This document shows, piece after piece, positions 40,594 to 49,733 of a stretch of DNA of 64,000 nucleotides. A program made the position numbers and the translations under genes. Location: the sequence record KP869113. The stretch is one strand, 5' to 3'. The DNA is from Escherichia coli O157 typing phage 15. Below the pieces are notes generated by a model. It did no database searches, was not told where the DNA came from, and was given only the letters and a program-made list of their open reading frames with translations. Each line of letters starts with the position of its first letter. Position 1 is the first letter of the stretch.

Positions 40594-41139
40594 ATGGCTA
40601 AAGTGAAAGAACACGATAAAATTATTTTGTATGTTAAACAGAATCCTTCAAAGAGTGTTGAGGCTGTTGTAACACACATCTCACACAATGGAACAGTTTA
40701 TTTTCAACCACTGAAGAACTTAGACTTTGACACAACACCAAACCACACATTTAGTACTTCTGCAAGACTGTGTGCTGGAACTGTATACTCGACTGCTGAG
40801 ATTGAGTCCTTATCTTTCACAGGTGCTTACAAAAACTTTATAGGGATTGCTTTAAAGGACTCTGAGGAATCTTTTAAATTCTTCATGGAGACCAATAAAG
40901 GCTGTTATGCACATGTTATGCCAGTCTATAAGAAAGTTGACACAGAACTTACAAGCAAGTGCGAAGAGATTAGCAGCGACCTGAAGGAGCGTAAAACAGC
41001 TATTCAGAATGCTATTTACATCATTGAGAGGGACCACTTAGAAGTTCTTTTCAGAGATATGCTAAAAGCAGGGTTTACCCCAAACGAAATTACAAGAGAA
41101 ACACAACGCCAGTTCAGAAACGCTATGGTGAAAGAATGA
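40594..41139 (+). CDS. Hypothetical protein (181 aa)
   Basis: Track ORF. Confidence 0.4.
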   Translation: MAKVKEHDKIILYVKQNPSKSVEAVVTHISHNGTVYFQPLKNLDFDTTPNHTFSTSARLCAGTVYSTAEIESLSFTGAYKNFIGIALKDSEESFKFFMETNKGCYAHVMPVYKKVDTELTSKCEEISSDLKERKTAIQNAIYIIERDHLEVLFRDMLKAGFTPNEITRETQRQFRNAMVKE

Positions 41140-41354
41140 AAAAACTAACTACAGTTGAAGATTACTACAAACTGTCCTTGTTAGAACAGTATCGCAGAAG
41201 CCAGAATATCAGAAAATGCTATGGTAAACACGCTGAAGGTGACTTTTACCATTGTTACGATGCAGATTTAAAAGGTGTAACACCTAGAGGAAAAGTTCTG
41301 CAAAGATTTGTTGACCTTGAATGGAACAAGAGATTGAGAGGGGTTGGAAAATGA
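41136..41354 (+). CDS. Hypothetical protein (72 aa)
   Basis: Track ORF, coupled. Confidence 0.35.
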   Translation: MKKLTTVEDYYKLSLLEQYRRSQNIRKCYGKHAEGDFYHCYDADLKGVTPRGKVLQRFVDLEWNKRLRGVGK

Positions 41355-41854
41355 TTTACGAAGAAAGATATAAGATAGATTACCAGAAGACTGGTCATCA
41401 TGTCTCTTTAAGAGTAACCAAACCAAATGGAGATACCGGTATCATAGCACATTTTGGTGGTGATTATTGGTATGGTACAGGTTGCTTTGAAGGCTACACT
41501 CAAGAATACTTGAAAGCTTTCTACAGAGACTTTACAAACGACTACAACAGGGTTGTTGACGAAAAGAATAAGTGCATTAAGCATGAATACCATGCCAGAG
41601 GTTGTCTGAATATTGTTATGATACTGGCTTTCTTCTTAGCAATGTTACTGGCAGTATCAGCAATTAGCTGCATAGCTCAAGATTTGACAATTACACAGAT
41701 TACTGCAAAGCTACATGATATCTGGTACTTGTATACTGTTCCTTTAGCTGGTATTATCATCTCACTAATAAGATTCAGAGTTCATAAGAAACGACTTAAG
41801 GATTCCGAGGTTAAACTTGAAGAGGTAAGTAAAGAATGCAACCTACAATTATAG
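41321..41854 (+). CDS. Membrane protein (177 aa) with two C-terminal transmembrane helices
   Basis: Hydrophobic segments LNIVMILAFFLAMLLAVSAISCI and YLYTVPLAGIIISLI. Confidence 0.4.
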   Translation: MEQEIERGWKMIYEERYKIDYQKTGHHVSLRVTKPNGDTGIIAHFGGDYWYGTGCFEGYTQEYLKAFYRDFTNDYNRVVDEKNKCIKHEYHARGCLNIVMILAFFLAMLLAVSAISCIAQDLTITQITAKLHDIWYLYTVPLAGIIISLIRFRVHKKRLKDSEVKLEEVSKECNLQL

Positions 41855-41930
41855 CTGTATGTGTTCGTTTTGCAATCGCTGAAATGATTAACAAGGCAAT
41901 CTTAAAAGATGCCTATGGAGAGACTAAGTA

Positions 41931-42155
41931 ATGATTAAGACGCCTGTACCAATTTTTGGATTTCCTTCTATAGAAGAGTTCAAAGTTTACCTTGACAAAA
42001 ACTTCTACAACGAGCAACCTGTTACTTTGCTGAAGAGTGACTTATCAGAGCTTCTTGATATGGTTATCAAGGCAACTTCTGAGAAGGAACCTGAACAGAA
42101 AGCTGAGAAGAAGACTAGTAAGAAATCCGATAAGAAGACTGAAAAGTCTGAGTAG
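41931..42155 (+). CDS. Small protein with K/E-rich tail (74 aa)
   Basis: Track ORF. Confidence 0.35.
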   Translation: MIKTPVPIFGFPSIEEFKVYLDKNFYNEQPVTLLKSDLSELLDMVIKATSEKEPEQKAEKKTSKKSDKKTEKSE

Positions 42156-42207
42156 TAGCTTGAGGGGTTACTTGATAGCCCCTTTGTAGAACTTAGAAGG
42201 TAGCGAA

Positions 42208-42630
42208 ATGAAAGAGCTTATTGGTAAAAGATTGACAGTTTACTGCTCTAAAACAAAGAAACCACTTACTTCTGTGAAGGTCTTTGATGTTGACACCACT
42301 GGTGTAGAGTACCCAATCCAATGCACAATAATTACTCCATTCCATGCAGATGATATGGATTTTAAAGAGTGTGAAGTGATATCTTTTAATGCTGATGGGT
42401 ATTGGAGAGGTAAGTTAAACAAGCAATCAGAAGATTTTGATATGCAAATCATTATCAATGAAGGCTATATCGGTGTAAAAGATATCCTCGTAGAAGCCTA
42501 TGAAGAAGGTATAATTGATATTGTGCATGATGTTGAAAAAGCTTTAAAGCTTGTTATGCCGCATTTAGAATCTGGAAAGCTGACTTTAGAGATGCTTAAT
42601 AGGATTATTCGGAGAGCTTATGAAAATTAA
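42208..42630 (+). CDS. Hypothetical protein (140 aa)
   Basis: Track ORF. Confidence 0.4.
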   Translation: MKELIGKRLTVYCSKTKKPLTSVKVFDVDTTGVEYPIQCTIITPFHADDMDFKECEVISFNADGYWRGKLNKQSEDFDMQIIINEGYIGVKDILVEAYEEGIIDIVHDVEKALKLVMPHLESGKLTLEMLNRIIRRAYEN

Positions 42631-43084
42631 AGAAGTAGTGCAAAGAGCAATGCTTGATAATTCTACTAAAGATGAGATGTACACAGAAATTTGTGATAAG
42701 TTGAACTGCTCAAGACATGCTGCTAAGGTTCTTGTACATTGTTTTATTTGGGAATGCTCAGAAGCCTATATGAAACACGTAGCTTTTGAGAGTTCTCATT
42801 TACTCGGTGATGTAAAAATAGGTGTAGCACTAAAAGAGCCTGAGATGAAAACAGTACCTAAGGTCGGTAATGTGTATAAACTAAAAAATTTTATTACAGG
42901 CGAGATTGTTGCAGAAGGTGAAGTGCAACAGGTTTATCATGATGGTAAATATCTGTTTAAGATATTCGAGTATGATAGTCGTTACAGACACTTATGTGGT
43001 ATTACATTTTTAGTTTCAGAGGATGACCTCATCAAGAACAATAGTAATAAATTCGCAGTACCAGAATATCAAGTTTTACGATAA
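42620..43084 (+). CDS. Hypothetical protein (154 aa)
   Basis: Track ORF. Confidence 0.4.
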   Translation: MKIKEVVQRAMLDNSTKDEMYTEICDKLNCSRHAAKVLVHCFIWECSEAYMKHVAFESSHLLGDVKIGVALKEPEMKTVPKVGNVYKLKNFITGEIVAEGEVQQVYHDGKYLFKIFEYDSRYRHLCGITFLVSEDDLIKNNSNKFAVPEYQVLR

Positions 43085-43097
43085 TGGTGTGATAGAT

Positions 43098-43646
43098 ATG
43101 GAAAAAGATAACTTAAAAGATGTTGAAGGTAACTATCTAGTCCTTGACTGGAAGGATGTTCGGGAAGCACTCTCCGAAGAAAATCTTGACTGGTTCGAAC
43201 AAATTATCTTTGCAGTACGGCATAACCGAGAAGTTGAAAATGGTAAAGAGCCACTTGAAGGAATCTTTGTAGATAGGTCTTATCCATTCTATGAAGACAC
43301 TTTGCAGAAAGTTAAGATGTACTTTAGACAGAAGAACCGTAAAGTGGTCACTATGGTATCTCTTGGTGGACAGAATATGTCTGTGATGGAAGATATTAAT
43401 CCTAAGAGACCGAGTAAAGGTATCTGTATAAAAATCACAGGACATGAAGAGTATATCTCAGTGGATGACTTTAGTGCATTCTGTAATGGCTCTTGTGTCT
43501 TTAATGGTTTTCACTATGATATCCGAGTGTACCCAATCAAGGGAGATGATATCATGATGCAGGTATTCGATAATAACAACGGCTTTACTCATTTTTATCA
43601 GACAACCAAGTCATCACTAAAAACAGTTCTGGAAACACTGATTTAA
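43098..43646 (+). CDS. Hypothetical protein (about 182 aa)
   Basis: Track ORF 43023..43646 trimmed to the ATG at 43098 to remove overlap with the upstream gene. Confidence 0.4.
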   Translation: MEKDNLKDVEGNYLVLDWKDVREALSEENLDWFEQIIFAVRHNREVENGKEPLEGIFVDRSYPFYEDTLQKVKMYFRQKNRKVVTMVSLGGQNMSVMEDINPKRPSKGICIKITGHEEYISVDDFSAFCNGSCVFNGFHYDIRVYPIKGDDIMMQVFDNNNGFTHFYQTTKSSLKTVLETLI

Positions 43647-43656
43647 AATATCTTAA

Positions 43657-43690
43657 GAGCCTCCTTAATTGGGGGCTTTTTTTAATTTTT
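43657..43690. terminator. Bidirectional terminator at convergence of plus and minus gene blocks
   Basis: AGCCTCC-TTAATT-GGGGGCT followed by TTTTTTT. Confidence 0.6.
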
Positions 43691-43699
43691 ATAAAAATT

Positions 43700-43965
43700 T
43701 TATCGGTTGTTCCAACCTCTGGGTCACCATCATATGTGAATAAAATATCTATCCTTCTTAACAACCTTCTTAATCTTACTCTCTATATATAGTTATATAG
43801 TACTATATAGTGTCTTAGTAACTATCTAGTGGTCTTAATAGCCCCTCTGTATAACCCTTCTAAATAGCCCTCTAAACACTCTTCTAACAAGCCTTCTTAA
43901 CAACCTATACAATCACCTTAACCATCTCTCTATACGCTCTTAGAAGCCTCTATACACCTCACCCC
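43700..43965. repeat. Pyrimidine-rich CTTAACAA-type repeat region; 43881-43957 identical to 898-974
   Basis: Same word family as 898-2733; 77-bp exact match. Confidence 0.6.
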
Positions 43966-44164
43966 AATAATGGTAGTGAGATTCCTCGTTTATGGCTTCT
44001 TTTACGGCATCTTTCCAGAAGTCATCAGTAGGGTTATAATCTGGTATCACCTGCTGAATCAGCATTTTGATAAGGTCAAAGGTATTATCTGTTCCACCGA
44101 TATCGAATTTTGCATCAAGTTGGTGGCAGCCATAAGCATTAACAGTTACGCGGATAGTTGACAT
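43940..44164 (-). CDS. Small early protein (74 aa)
   Basis: ORF immediately downstream of a promoter/hairpin/RBS cassette. Confidence 0.45.
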   Translation of the reverse strand: MSTIRVTVNAYGCHQLDAKFDIGGTDNTFDLIKMLIQQVIPDYNPTDDFWKDAVKEAINEESHYHYWGEVYRGF

Positions 44165-44230
44165 AATTTAGAATCTCCAGTTTAGGACTTTATTTAGTGG
44201 GGAAGGTCATTCCCTCCCCGTTGTTTAGTA
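44165..44230 (-). promoter_or_regulatory. Early-gene leader cassette, family 1
   Basis: Coding-strand consensus CAACGGGGAGGGAATGACCTTCCCCACTAA(G/A)TAAAGTCCTTAAACT(A/G)GAGATTC then ATG. Confidence 0.55.
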
Positions 44231-44232
44231 AT

Positions 44233-44496
44233 TTACTGCATATTGGCGTAGGTTGCAAGCCTTTTTTCGTTGTATTTTGTCAGAATTTCACAAGATAGAA
44301 CATCGTACATTGTAACCGCTTTGCTTTTGTCGAGGTCAAAAAAGCCAAATGCTTTACCATCTTTGAATCCGACAACTTCGTAAGATTCTTTAATGATTTC
44401 ACCATTGAACAAATCACTTTCGATACGGTGAAACAACGCTACGTCTTCTTTGTCAGTTGCAATCTGCAATAGTGTGGTTAATTCTACGTGTTCCAT
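44233..44496 (-). CDS. Small early protein (about 87 aa)
   Basis: Track ORF 44233..44601 trimmed to the ATG at 44496 that directly follows the cassette RBS. Confidence 0.45.
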   Translation of the reverse strand: MEHVELTTLLQIATDKEDVALFHRIESDLFNGEIIKESYEVVGFKDGKAFGFFDLDKSKAVTMYDVLSCEILTKYNEKRLATYANMQ

Positions 44497-44570
44497 TTTT
44501 GAATCTCCTAGTTTAAGGACTTTACTTAGTGGGAAGGTTAATCCCTCCCCGTTGATTGACAATTTACAGA
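44497..44570 (-). promoter_or_regulatory. Early-gene leader cassette, family 1
   Basis: Same consensus; upstream minus strand reads TTGACG-17 nt-TAAATT. Confidence 0.55.
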
Positions 44571-45094
44571 CTTTTGATTGTCTCGTCAATATCTTTTTCA
44601 ATATCTTTTAAAGTTTTTTCTAAGTTCTTGATATTGAAGGATAAGCCTTCACCGAGAGTCTTAGAATAACTGCTAGGACGTAAATCATAAAGGCCAATTT
44701 GTTCTACATTGGAGAGGTTGACCATTTCACCGCTTACATCATAAGCTATTGATACGGTGTTTTCAGGGGCTTTATAGAACTTGTTAAGATTCTTGATAGA
44801 ACGTTCATAAGCCATTTTATAACCATTTAAAAGGTCTTTAACGTGGTTGCGAACGTTTTTACACTCATCTAAGTAAATACCTAAGAATAGCGGTAACAGT
44901 TCTGCTACAGCTTGCATAAAGTGAGATACTACAACAGTAGAAACATTACGACGATGTATATAATAAGCCCCGTTTTCTGATTTAGTGATAGTTGCAAAGT
45001 GTACACCGTTGCAACGAAATTCGAAGGTATCTTTAACGGGTTTAGTCATAACGTTAGATGAGCGAATGTAGTTGATAGCTTGAAACTTGTTCAT
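44564..45094 (-). CDS. Hypothetical early protein (176 aa)
   Basis: ORF following cassette. Confidence 0.45.
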   Translation of the reverse strand: MNKFQAINYIRSSNVMTKPVKDTFEFRCNGVHFATITKSENGAYYIHRRNVSTVVVSHFMQAVAELLPLFLGIYLDECKNVRNHVKDLLNGYKMAYERSIKNLNKFYKAPENTVSIAYDVSGEMVNLSNVEQIGLYDLRPSSYSKTLGEGLSFNIKNLEKTLKDIEKDIDETIKSL

Positions 45095-45165
45095 TTTGAA
45101 TCTCCTAGTTTAAGGACTTTACTTAGTGGGGAAGGTCATTCCCTCCCCGTTGATTAGTACTATAC
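45095..45165 (-). promoter_or_regulatory. Early-gene leader cassette, family 1
   Basis: Same consensus; minus strand reads TTGCAA..TATAGT upstream of hairpin. Confidence 0.55.
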
Positions 45166-45315
45166 TTGTTTTGATTTGCCTTTGCAAGCAATTTTTTAAG
45201 TTTATCTATAAAGAATCTATTAAGTGAATCCCTTTTAGATAACCCCCTCGAACAAAGTTACCAATGTCAATGGGTATTGTCAACACTTTTTTAAAAGTTT
45301 TTTGTAAGTTATTGA

Positions 45316-45657
45316 TTAACTTATGAAGATTTTTTCAGGCTTTACATAGCTGATACGCTGACTTTTTAGCAGGTCATCCCAGATTAAAGCGGCAATATGT
45401 GCATAACCGGATTCACGTAAAAGCTTCATTGTTTTACTTCTCGTTTCAAAACGGCTTGCGTAGTATTCACTGTTCAAGGTCGTTTTATTCCCTTCGTTAT
45501 CTGTATGGATGATTTGCATCACTTGAAAGGGGCTTACACCCTCGCCTTTGTTCCACTGTTCAAAGTATTTTAGGCACTGCATAGGTGACATCTTATCACT
45601 TACTTGAGTTGACCAAGATGAGCCAGCTTTATCGGTAATTACGGTTACATAAGCCAT
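45316..45657 (-). CDS. Hypothetical early protein (113 aa)
   Basis: ORF following family-2 cassette. Confidence 0.45.
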   Translation of the reverse strand: MAYVTVITDKAGSSWSTQVSDKMSPMQCLKYFEQWNKGEGVSPFQVMQIIHTDNEGNKTTLNSEYYASRFETRSKTMKLLRESGYAHIAALIWDDLLKSQRISYVKPEKIFIS

Positions 45658-45742
45658 TTTAGAATCTCCAGTTTAGGATTGAGTGGTAAAGCTCTTTATC
45701 TGGGGCTTACTATACAGACTAATAAGCCCCATGTAAAGTACT
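45658..45742 (-). promoter_or_regulatory. Early-gene leader cassette, family 2
   Basis: Coding-strand palindrome GGGGCTTA-N13-TAAGCCCC, then AGATAAAGAGCTTTACCACTCAATCCTAAACTGGAGATTC and ATG. Confidence 0.55.
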
Positions 45743-45991
45743 TTAAGCGTCTTTATATTCTATCTCTGTGCACTCACCTTTTACTAGCTCAAAGGTCCAA
45801 ATAATTCGTTTATACTCAATCACTACTACAGTAACAAGGTCAGTCCTCTTCTCATTGGTTTTAAAGTCTATTGTGTGGGTATACTCATAACTAGTCTTAT
45901 CCTTAATTTCCCCGTAGCGTCTACACTCTTTATAGACTTCATCCATTAAGCCATTGCTAACCATGTTTTTTAGTTGAGTTTTAGTATACAT
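45743..45991 (-). CDS. Small early protein (82 aa)
   Basis: ORF following cassette. Confidence 0.45.
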   Translation of the reverse strand: MYTKTQLKNMVSNGLMDEVYKECRRYGEIKDKTSYEYTHTIDFKTNEKRTDLVTVVVIEYKRIIWTFELVKGECTEIEYKDA

Positions 45992-46084
45992 TTTTTGGAA
46001 TCTCCTAGTTTAAGGACTTTACTTAGTGGGGAAGGTCATTCCCTCCCCGTTGATTGATAATTTACAGACTTTTATCAGGCTTGT
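45992..46084 (-). promoter_or_regulatory. Early-gene leader cassette, family 1
   Basis: Consensus plus upstream TAGACA..TAAATT promoter-like hexamers. Confidence 0.55.
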
Positions 46085-46318
46085 CTAGTCTTTTTCAATG
46101 ATAATTTCATATTGACCATCGACACTGTCGAAATAGATTCCTTCGTCATCTTCTGTCTTAAAGTAACATTGTATATCATCACTGGCGGGGTAGTCTTGTC
46201 TTGCTATCTGGCAAACTTGAATAGCATTTTCTTTACTTCCTGTAAACTCTTCAAGCCCTTTAAAGTCACATGAATGGCCGTTACAAATGGAAAGGATGAG
46301 ATAAATGGTTGTAAGCAT
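46085..46318 (-). CDS. Small secreted protein (77 aa)
   Basis: N-terminal signal-like hydrophobic segment MLTTIYLILSICNG; several Cys. Confidence 0.4.
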   Translation of the reverse strand: MLTTIYLILSICNGHSCDFKGLEEFTGSKENAIQVCQIARQDYPASDDIQCYFKTEDDEGIYFDSVDGQYEIIIEKD

Positions 46319-46324
46319 GATTTA

Positions 46325-46370
46325 AGCCCTCTAAAAGCCCCTGTAAGGGGTTAATCAGTGTTTATAAGGT
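46325..46370 (-). terminator. Hairpin terminator after gene 46385..46927
   Basis: Minus-strand CCCCTTACAGGGG followed by CTTTTAG. Confidence 0.4.
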
Positions 46371-46384
46371 GAATGTATAGGTTT

Positions 46385-46927
46385 TTAGAAAAAGACCTTT
46401 AAATCACTCTCTACAATGTTTTCTGTCAGTGTATCCATGATGTCACAAAAAACCTGAATACTGTCGGATTGTTGGATACTTTTAGCAAGTAGCTCCAATG
46501 TTTCATCAAGATAATTTAAATTTGGGTTATCCAGTGAAGGGAGACAAAAAGGTGAATACATAGCGTTGAACTCTGTTGTATAGACCTTTTTAATCCAATT
46601 TACATCAAAGTACTCTGTAAAGCTTGCTATATTTGACATGTTATCACAAGAATAATCATCATTTAGCTCATCCTCTGGAATGTCAAGTTCTAAGATAACA
46701 ATATTTTGAGTTTTCATCTGAAAAGCTGCCGTGATAGTGGCATTTCCTAGAGCTTGCTGGATACCTTCCGATGCTATCTCTTCCTCATCATCACCATAGA
46801 GTTTATTTTCTGGGTACACGTAAAAATTGCCGTCCATATCCGAACAATTCCATACACCTGATGGTTTATCACCGTTATTAATCAGGTTGATAAAGTTTTC
46901 TTGAGTAGTACCGTGAAAGCATTTCAT
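46385..46927 (-). CDS. Hypothetical protein (180 aa) with N-terminal HGT motif (speculative ADP-ribosyltransferase or 2'-phosphotransferase-like)
   Basis: MKCFHGTT at N-terminus, aromatic-rich segment NFYVYPENKLYG, acidic central region; motif-level resemblance only. Confidence 0.4.
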   Translation of the reverse strand: MKCFHGTTQENFINLINNGDKPSGVWNCSDMDGNFYVYPENKLYGDDEEEIASEGIQQALGNATITAAFQMKTQNIVILELDIPEDELNDDYSCDNMSNIASFTEYFDVNWIKKVYTTEFNAMYSPFCLPSLDNPNLNYLDETLELLAKSIQQSDSIQVFCDIMDTLTENIVESDLKVFF

Positions 46928-47020
46928 TTTGAATCTCCTAGTTTAAGGATTTAGTGGTAAAGCTCTTTATCTGGGGCTTACTTTATCGAACTATAAGCCC
47001 CTTGTAAAGTACTTTATCAG
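46928..47020 (-). promoter_or_regulatory. Early-gene leader cassette, family 2
   Basis: GGGGCTTA..TAAGCCCC palindrome plus conserved RBS segment. Confidence 0.55.
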
Positions 47021-47218
47021 TTAATTTTTGACAACTTTTAAAACTGCAAGATAACCTAAGCAATAAGAATCACCGAAGAGAGTTCTACCCATGAAAGAAT
47101 CATCTTTGATATCCTTTGCAGTGACTGTTTTTTCTACGCCGTGGGAAAGAACTACATCACCAACTTTAATGTCTTTGATGTGCGTGGTTTCAATGGTTAA
47201 ACCGTTGATAATAGCCAT
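47021..47218 (-). CDS. Small early protein (65 aa)
   Basis: ORF following cassette. Confidence 0.4.
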   Translation of the reverse strand: MAIINGLTIETTHIKDIKVGDVVLSHGVEKTVTAKDIKDDSFMGRTLFGDSYCLGYLAVLKVVKN

Positions 47219-47319
47219 TTTGAATCTCCTAGTTTAAGGACTTTACTTAGTGGGGAAGGTCATTCCCTCCCCGTTGATGTGTAATTTAATCTATCTAAAA
47301 ATCAGTGTCAATAAAATTT
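47219..47319 (-). promoter_or_regulatory. Early-gene leader cassette, family 1
   Basis: Consensus hairpin plus RBS. Confidence 0.55.
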
Positions 47320-47724
47320 TTAGAGTTCTGCATAAATTGCGTCGCAGATGTCACGAAAGTCATGATTTGCCAAATTACGTTGTAACCAAGTGGCAAAGAA
47401 ATCAGCGATTGCAAAATTAGCATCATACTCAACAGATAGCCACACTTTCACGGCAAATCTAAACATTTTCAAGTCTAACTCTTTATTCATTACCTTAGAT
47501 TTGCCTAACATGTCGACCATTTCATATTGTGCACCGTCTAGCGTGATACCTGCTGCAACGTCAGCCAATGAGTTTTTTACGTTTTCAACGTCTAAGATAA
47601 CGCTTTGAATCTTTCCGATAATGTTGTGCAATGTTTCATCCGGTGCTGATGATGTAATAACATTGATTCGATTAACGGTTAAACGTGCTTTTAAGATTGA
47701 CAACTCACGATTATTAATAGCCAT
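47320..47724 (-). CDS. Hypothetical early protein (134 aa)
   Basis: ORF following cassette. Confidence 0.45.
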   Translation of the reverse strand: MAINNRELSILKARLTVNRINVITSSAPDETLHNIIGKIQSVILDVENVKNSLADVAAGITLDGAQYEMVDMLGKSKVMNKELDLKMFRFAVKVWLSVEYDANFAIADFFATWLQRNLANHDFRDICDAIYAEL

Positions 47725-47809
47725 TTTAGAATCTCCAATTTAGGATTGAGTGGTAAAGCTCTTTATCTGGGGCTTACTGTACAGACTAATAAGCCCCCTG
47801 TAAAGTACT
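47725..47809 (-). promoter_or_regulatory. Early-gene leader cassette, family 2
   Basis: Palindrome GGGGCTTA..TAAGCCCC; TTTACA-17 nt-TACAGT overlaps the palindrome. Confidence 0.55.
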
Positions 47810-48082
47810 TTATACTAAATGCAGTTTTTTACCTTTTACTATGATGTAACTTGATGTGCTATTGCTACATACATCCTGATAAATTCTGCGCAAACGTCCT
47901 TCATAGTATACTTTCCAGCTAGTTGGAATCTTTTTGCCGTATCCGGTAGCAGTTTTTTGGAGTCCTGCGACTTGCCAATCTAAGATATGTTGCTCAGCCT
48001 GTAAATCCTCAAAGTGCATCACACCGTCTACATAGTGACGTAGAGTGACATTTAAAGTGCGACCGTTGTTAGTAGTATACAT
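47810..48082 (-). CDS. Small early protein (90 aa)
   Basis: ORF following cassette. Confidence 0.45.
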   Translation of the reverse strand: MYTTNNGRTLNVTLRHYVDGVMHFEDLQAEQHILDWQVAGLQKTATGYGKKIPTSWKVYYEGRLRRIYQDVCSNSTSSYIIVKGKKLHLV

Positions 48083-48171
48083 TTTAGAATCTCCTAGTTT
48101 AAGGACTTTATTTAGTGGGGTGTTTATTGCCTCCCCGTTGATGTGTAATTTAATCTATCTAAAAATCAGTG
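48083..48171 (-). promoter_or_regulatory. Early-gene leader cassette, family 1 variant
   Basis: Variant hairpin GGGGAGGCAATAAACACCCC with conserved RBS segment. Confidence 0.5.
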
Positions 48172-48504
48172 TCAACAGTTTTGTTTTCGTTTGCTCAACT
48201 CTTGAACAATTACAGTATGATAGTCTTTTAAGTCACTAATATTTAAAGCATTTATCAGAGAATTATAATCATCGACTAATTGAAAATCATCTTTGAAAAT
48301 GTCGCTGATTTGATAAGTTCTCGCCCTGAATCTGAAGCTCATTTCTAACCGCTTTAATTGTTCATCGCTCAACCGCTCTAGAAAGCTCATTACAAGGCTA
48401 TTGCTAACCTGTTGTGTGATTGCCTTATTTGCTAGATTATAGGCTTTATATGCCTTATAGAGCGCGAAAATGGCAATGATTGCAGTGATACCAGTCATTA
48501 ACAT
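48172..48504 (-). CDS. Small membrane-anchored protein (110 aa)
   Basis: N-terminal hydrophobic helix MLMTGITAIIAIFALYKAY. Confidence 0.4.
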   Translation of the reverse strand: MLMTGITAIIAIFALYKAYKAYNLANKAITQQVSNSLVMSFLERLSDEQLKRLEMSFRFRARTYQISDIFKDDFQLVDDYNSLINALNISDLKDYHTVIVQELSKRKQNC

Positions 48505-48794
48505 GGTGCTTCCTCTTTACGTGATACTTTGCCATTTACAGTTATCTCATAAGAATCTAGTAAATCGCTTTTAGATTTGACAGGACTTTTAAGAGTATCA
48601 TCATAGATATTAACTTGCAATACAGGTTTTTTATACTCCCTGCAACTATTCCATAAGCAAATCACTACACGACGACCTTTTATTTTGCCGTGTAACCATT
48701 CCATAACATCATGGCTATTTCTTGATGTTTCAATGAAATCAATTTTGTTGAGTAATTTGCTTAGATTTTCACGAACTTTATTTGATAATTTCAT
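48498..48794 (-). CDS. Hypothetical early protein (98 aa)
   Basis: ORF following cassette. Confidence 0.45.
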   Translation of the reverse strand: MKLSNKVRENLSKLLNKIDFIETSRNSHDVMEWLHGKIKGRRVVICLWNSCREYKKPVLQVNIYDDTLKSPVKSKSDLLDSYEITVNGKVSRKEEAPC

Positions 48795-48882
48795 TTTTGA
48801 ATCTCCAGTTTAGGATTGAGTGGTAAAGCTCTTTATCTGGGGCTTAAGATACCAACTTTTAAGCCCCTTGTAAAGTACTTTA
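48795..48882 (-). promoter_or_regulatory. Early-gene leader cassette, family 2
   Basis: Palindrome plus RBS segment. Confidence 0.55.
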
Positions 48883-49173
48883 TCAGTTAATTTTCAGCTT
48901 TGCATAACCTCTCATTGTACGAATTGGAGATGTTAAGGCTACGCGTCTAATATATGCCTTTTTCGTGTATACATTTGTCTTTCCGATAGTGTTTACACAT
49001 GTAAAAAGATTTATTGGTGAATTTTTTAACTTCAACTGTTTATCAGCCTTCACACCCCATCTTACAGCAGATTGTTTTCCGTTGTCAACCACTTTCCCGC
49101 CTAACTTTTTCGCCATGATGCGAGCGTCATCACGAGTTTTTACAGGAATTACAACGTTTTTGATAGTAGCCAT
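48883..49173 (-). CDS. Small basic protein (96 aa)
   Basis: ORF following cassette. Confidence 0.45.
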   Translation of the reverse strand: MATIKNVVIPVKTRDDARIMAKKLGGKVVDNGKQSAVRWGVKADKQLKLKNSPINLFTCVNTIGKTNVYTKKAYIRRVALTSPIRTMRGYAKLKIN

Positions 49174-49261
49174 TTTTGAATCTCCAATTTAGGATTTAGT
49201 GGTAAAGCTCTTTATCTGGGGCTTACTTTATCGAACTATAAGCCCCTTGTAAAGTACTTTA
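49174..49261 (-). promoter_or_regulatory. Early-gene leader cassette, family 2
   Basis: Palindrome plus RBS segment. Confidence 0.55.
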
Positions 49262-49642
49262 TCAGTTAATTTTGAAGATTGTTACATAACCATCACTACC
49301 GATTATTTGAGACACTCCAGCTTTTTCTACTTGATAGCCCATATTTTCAAGATGATAAACAGCATCATCGTAACCATATGCGCCACCCTGATAACGTCTC
49401 TTATCGCATCTTATCAGGTTTTTACCACGTCCAGCAAGTGCATGTAAAATGGCTTTTTCACTTGAAAGAGTACCATCTAGCATTGTCGCCGTGTAATGGT
49501 TAATTTTATTCCCATTGATATCATACTTAAAATTAAACGAGTGAACAACAATAACGTTACCTTTAAAATTCTCATCAAGTGACTTCTCCAGTGCGTTGCG
49601 AAAGTTGTCTTTGTTGATGAATTTAGGTGCACGATATGCCAT
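49262..49642 (-). CDS. Hypothetical early protein (126 aa)
   Basis: ORF following cassette. Confidence 0.45.
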   Translation of the reverse strand: MAYRAPKFINKDNFRNALEKSLDENFKGNVIVVHSFNFKYDINGNKINHYTATMLDGTLSSEKAILHALAGRGKNLIRCDKRRYQGGAYGYDDAVYHLENMGYQVEKAGVSQIIGSDGYVTIFKIN

Positions 49643-49733
49643 TTTTGAATCTCCTAGTTTAAGGGTTGATTTGGTAAAGCTCTTTATCTGGGGCTTAAGA
49701 TATCAGCTTTTAAGCCCCTTGTAAAGTACTTTA
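49643..49733 (-). promoter_or_regulatory. Early-gene leader cassette, family 2
   Basis: Palindrome plus RBS segment. Confidence 0.55.

Noticed and set aside
41321-41854. Confident holin assignment for the two-TM protein (or for 3906..4100)
   Set aside because: Neither is adjacent to the endolysin or spanins and small membrane proteins are common; holin identity is left open.
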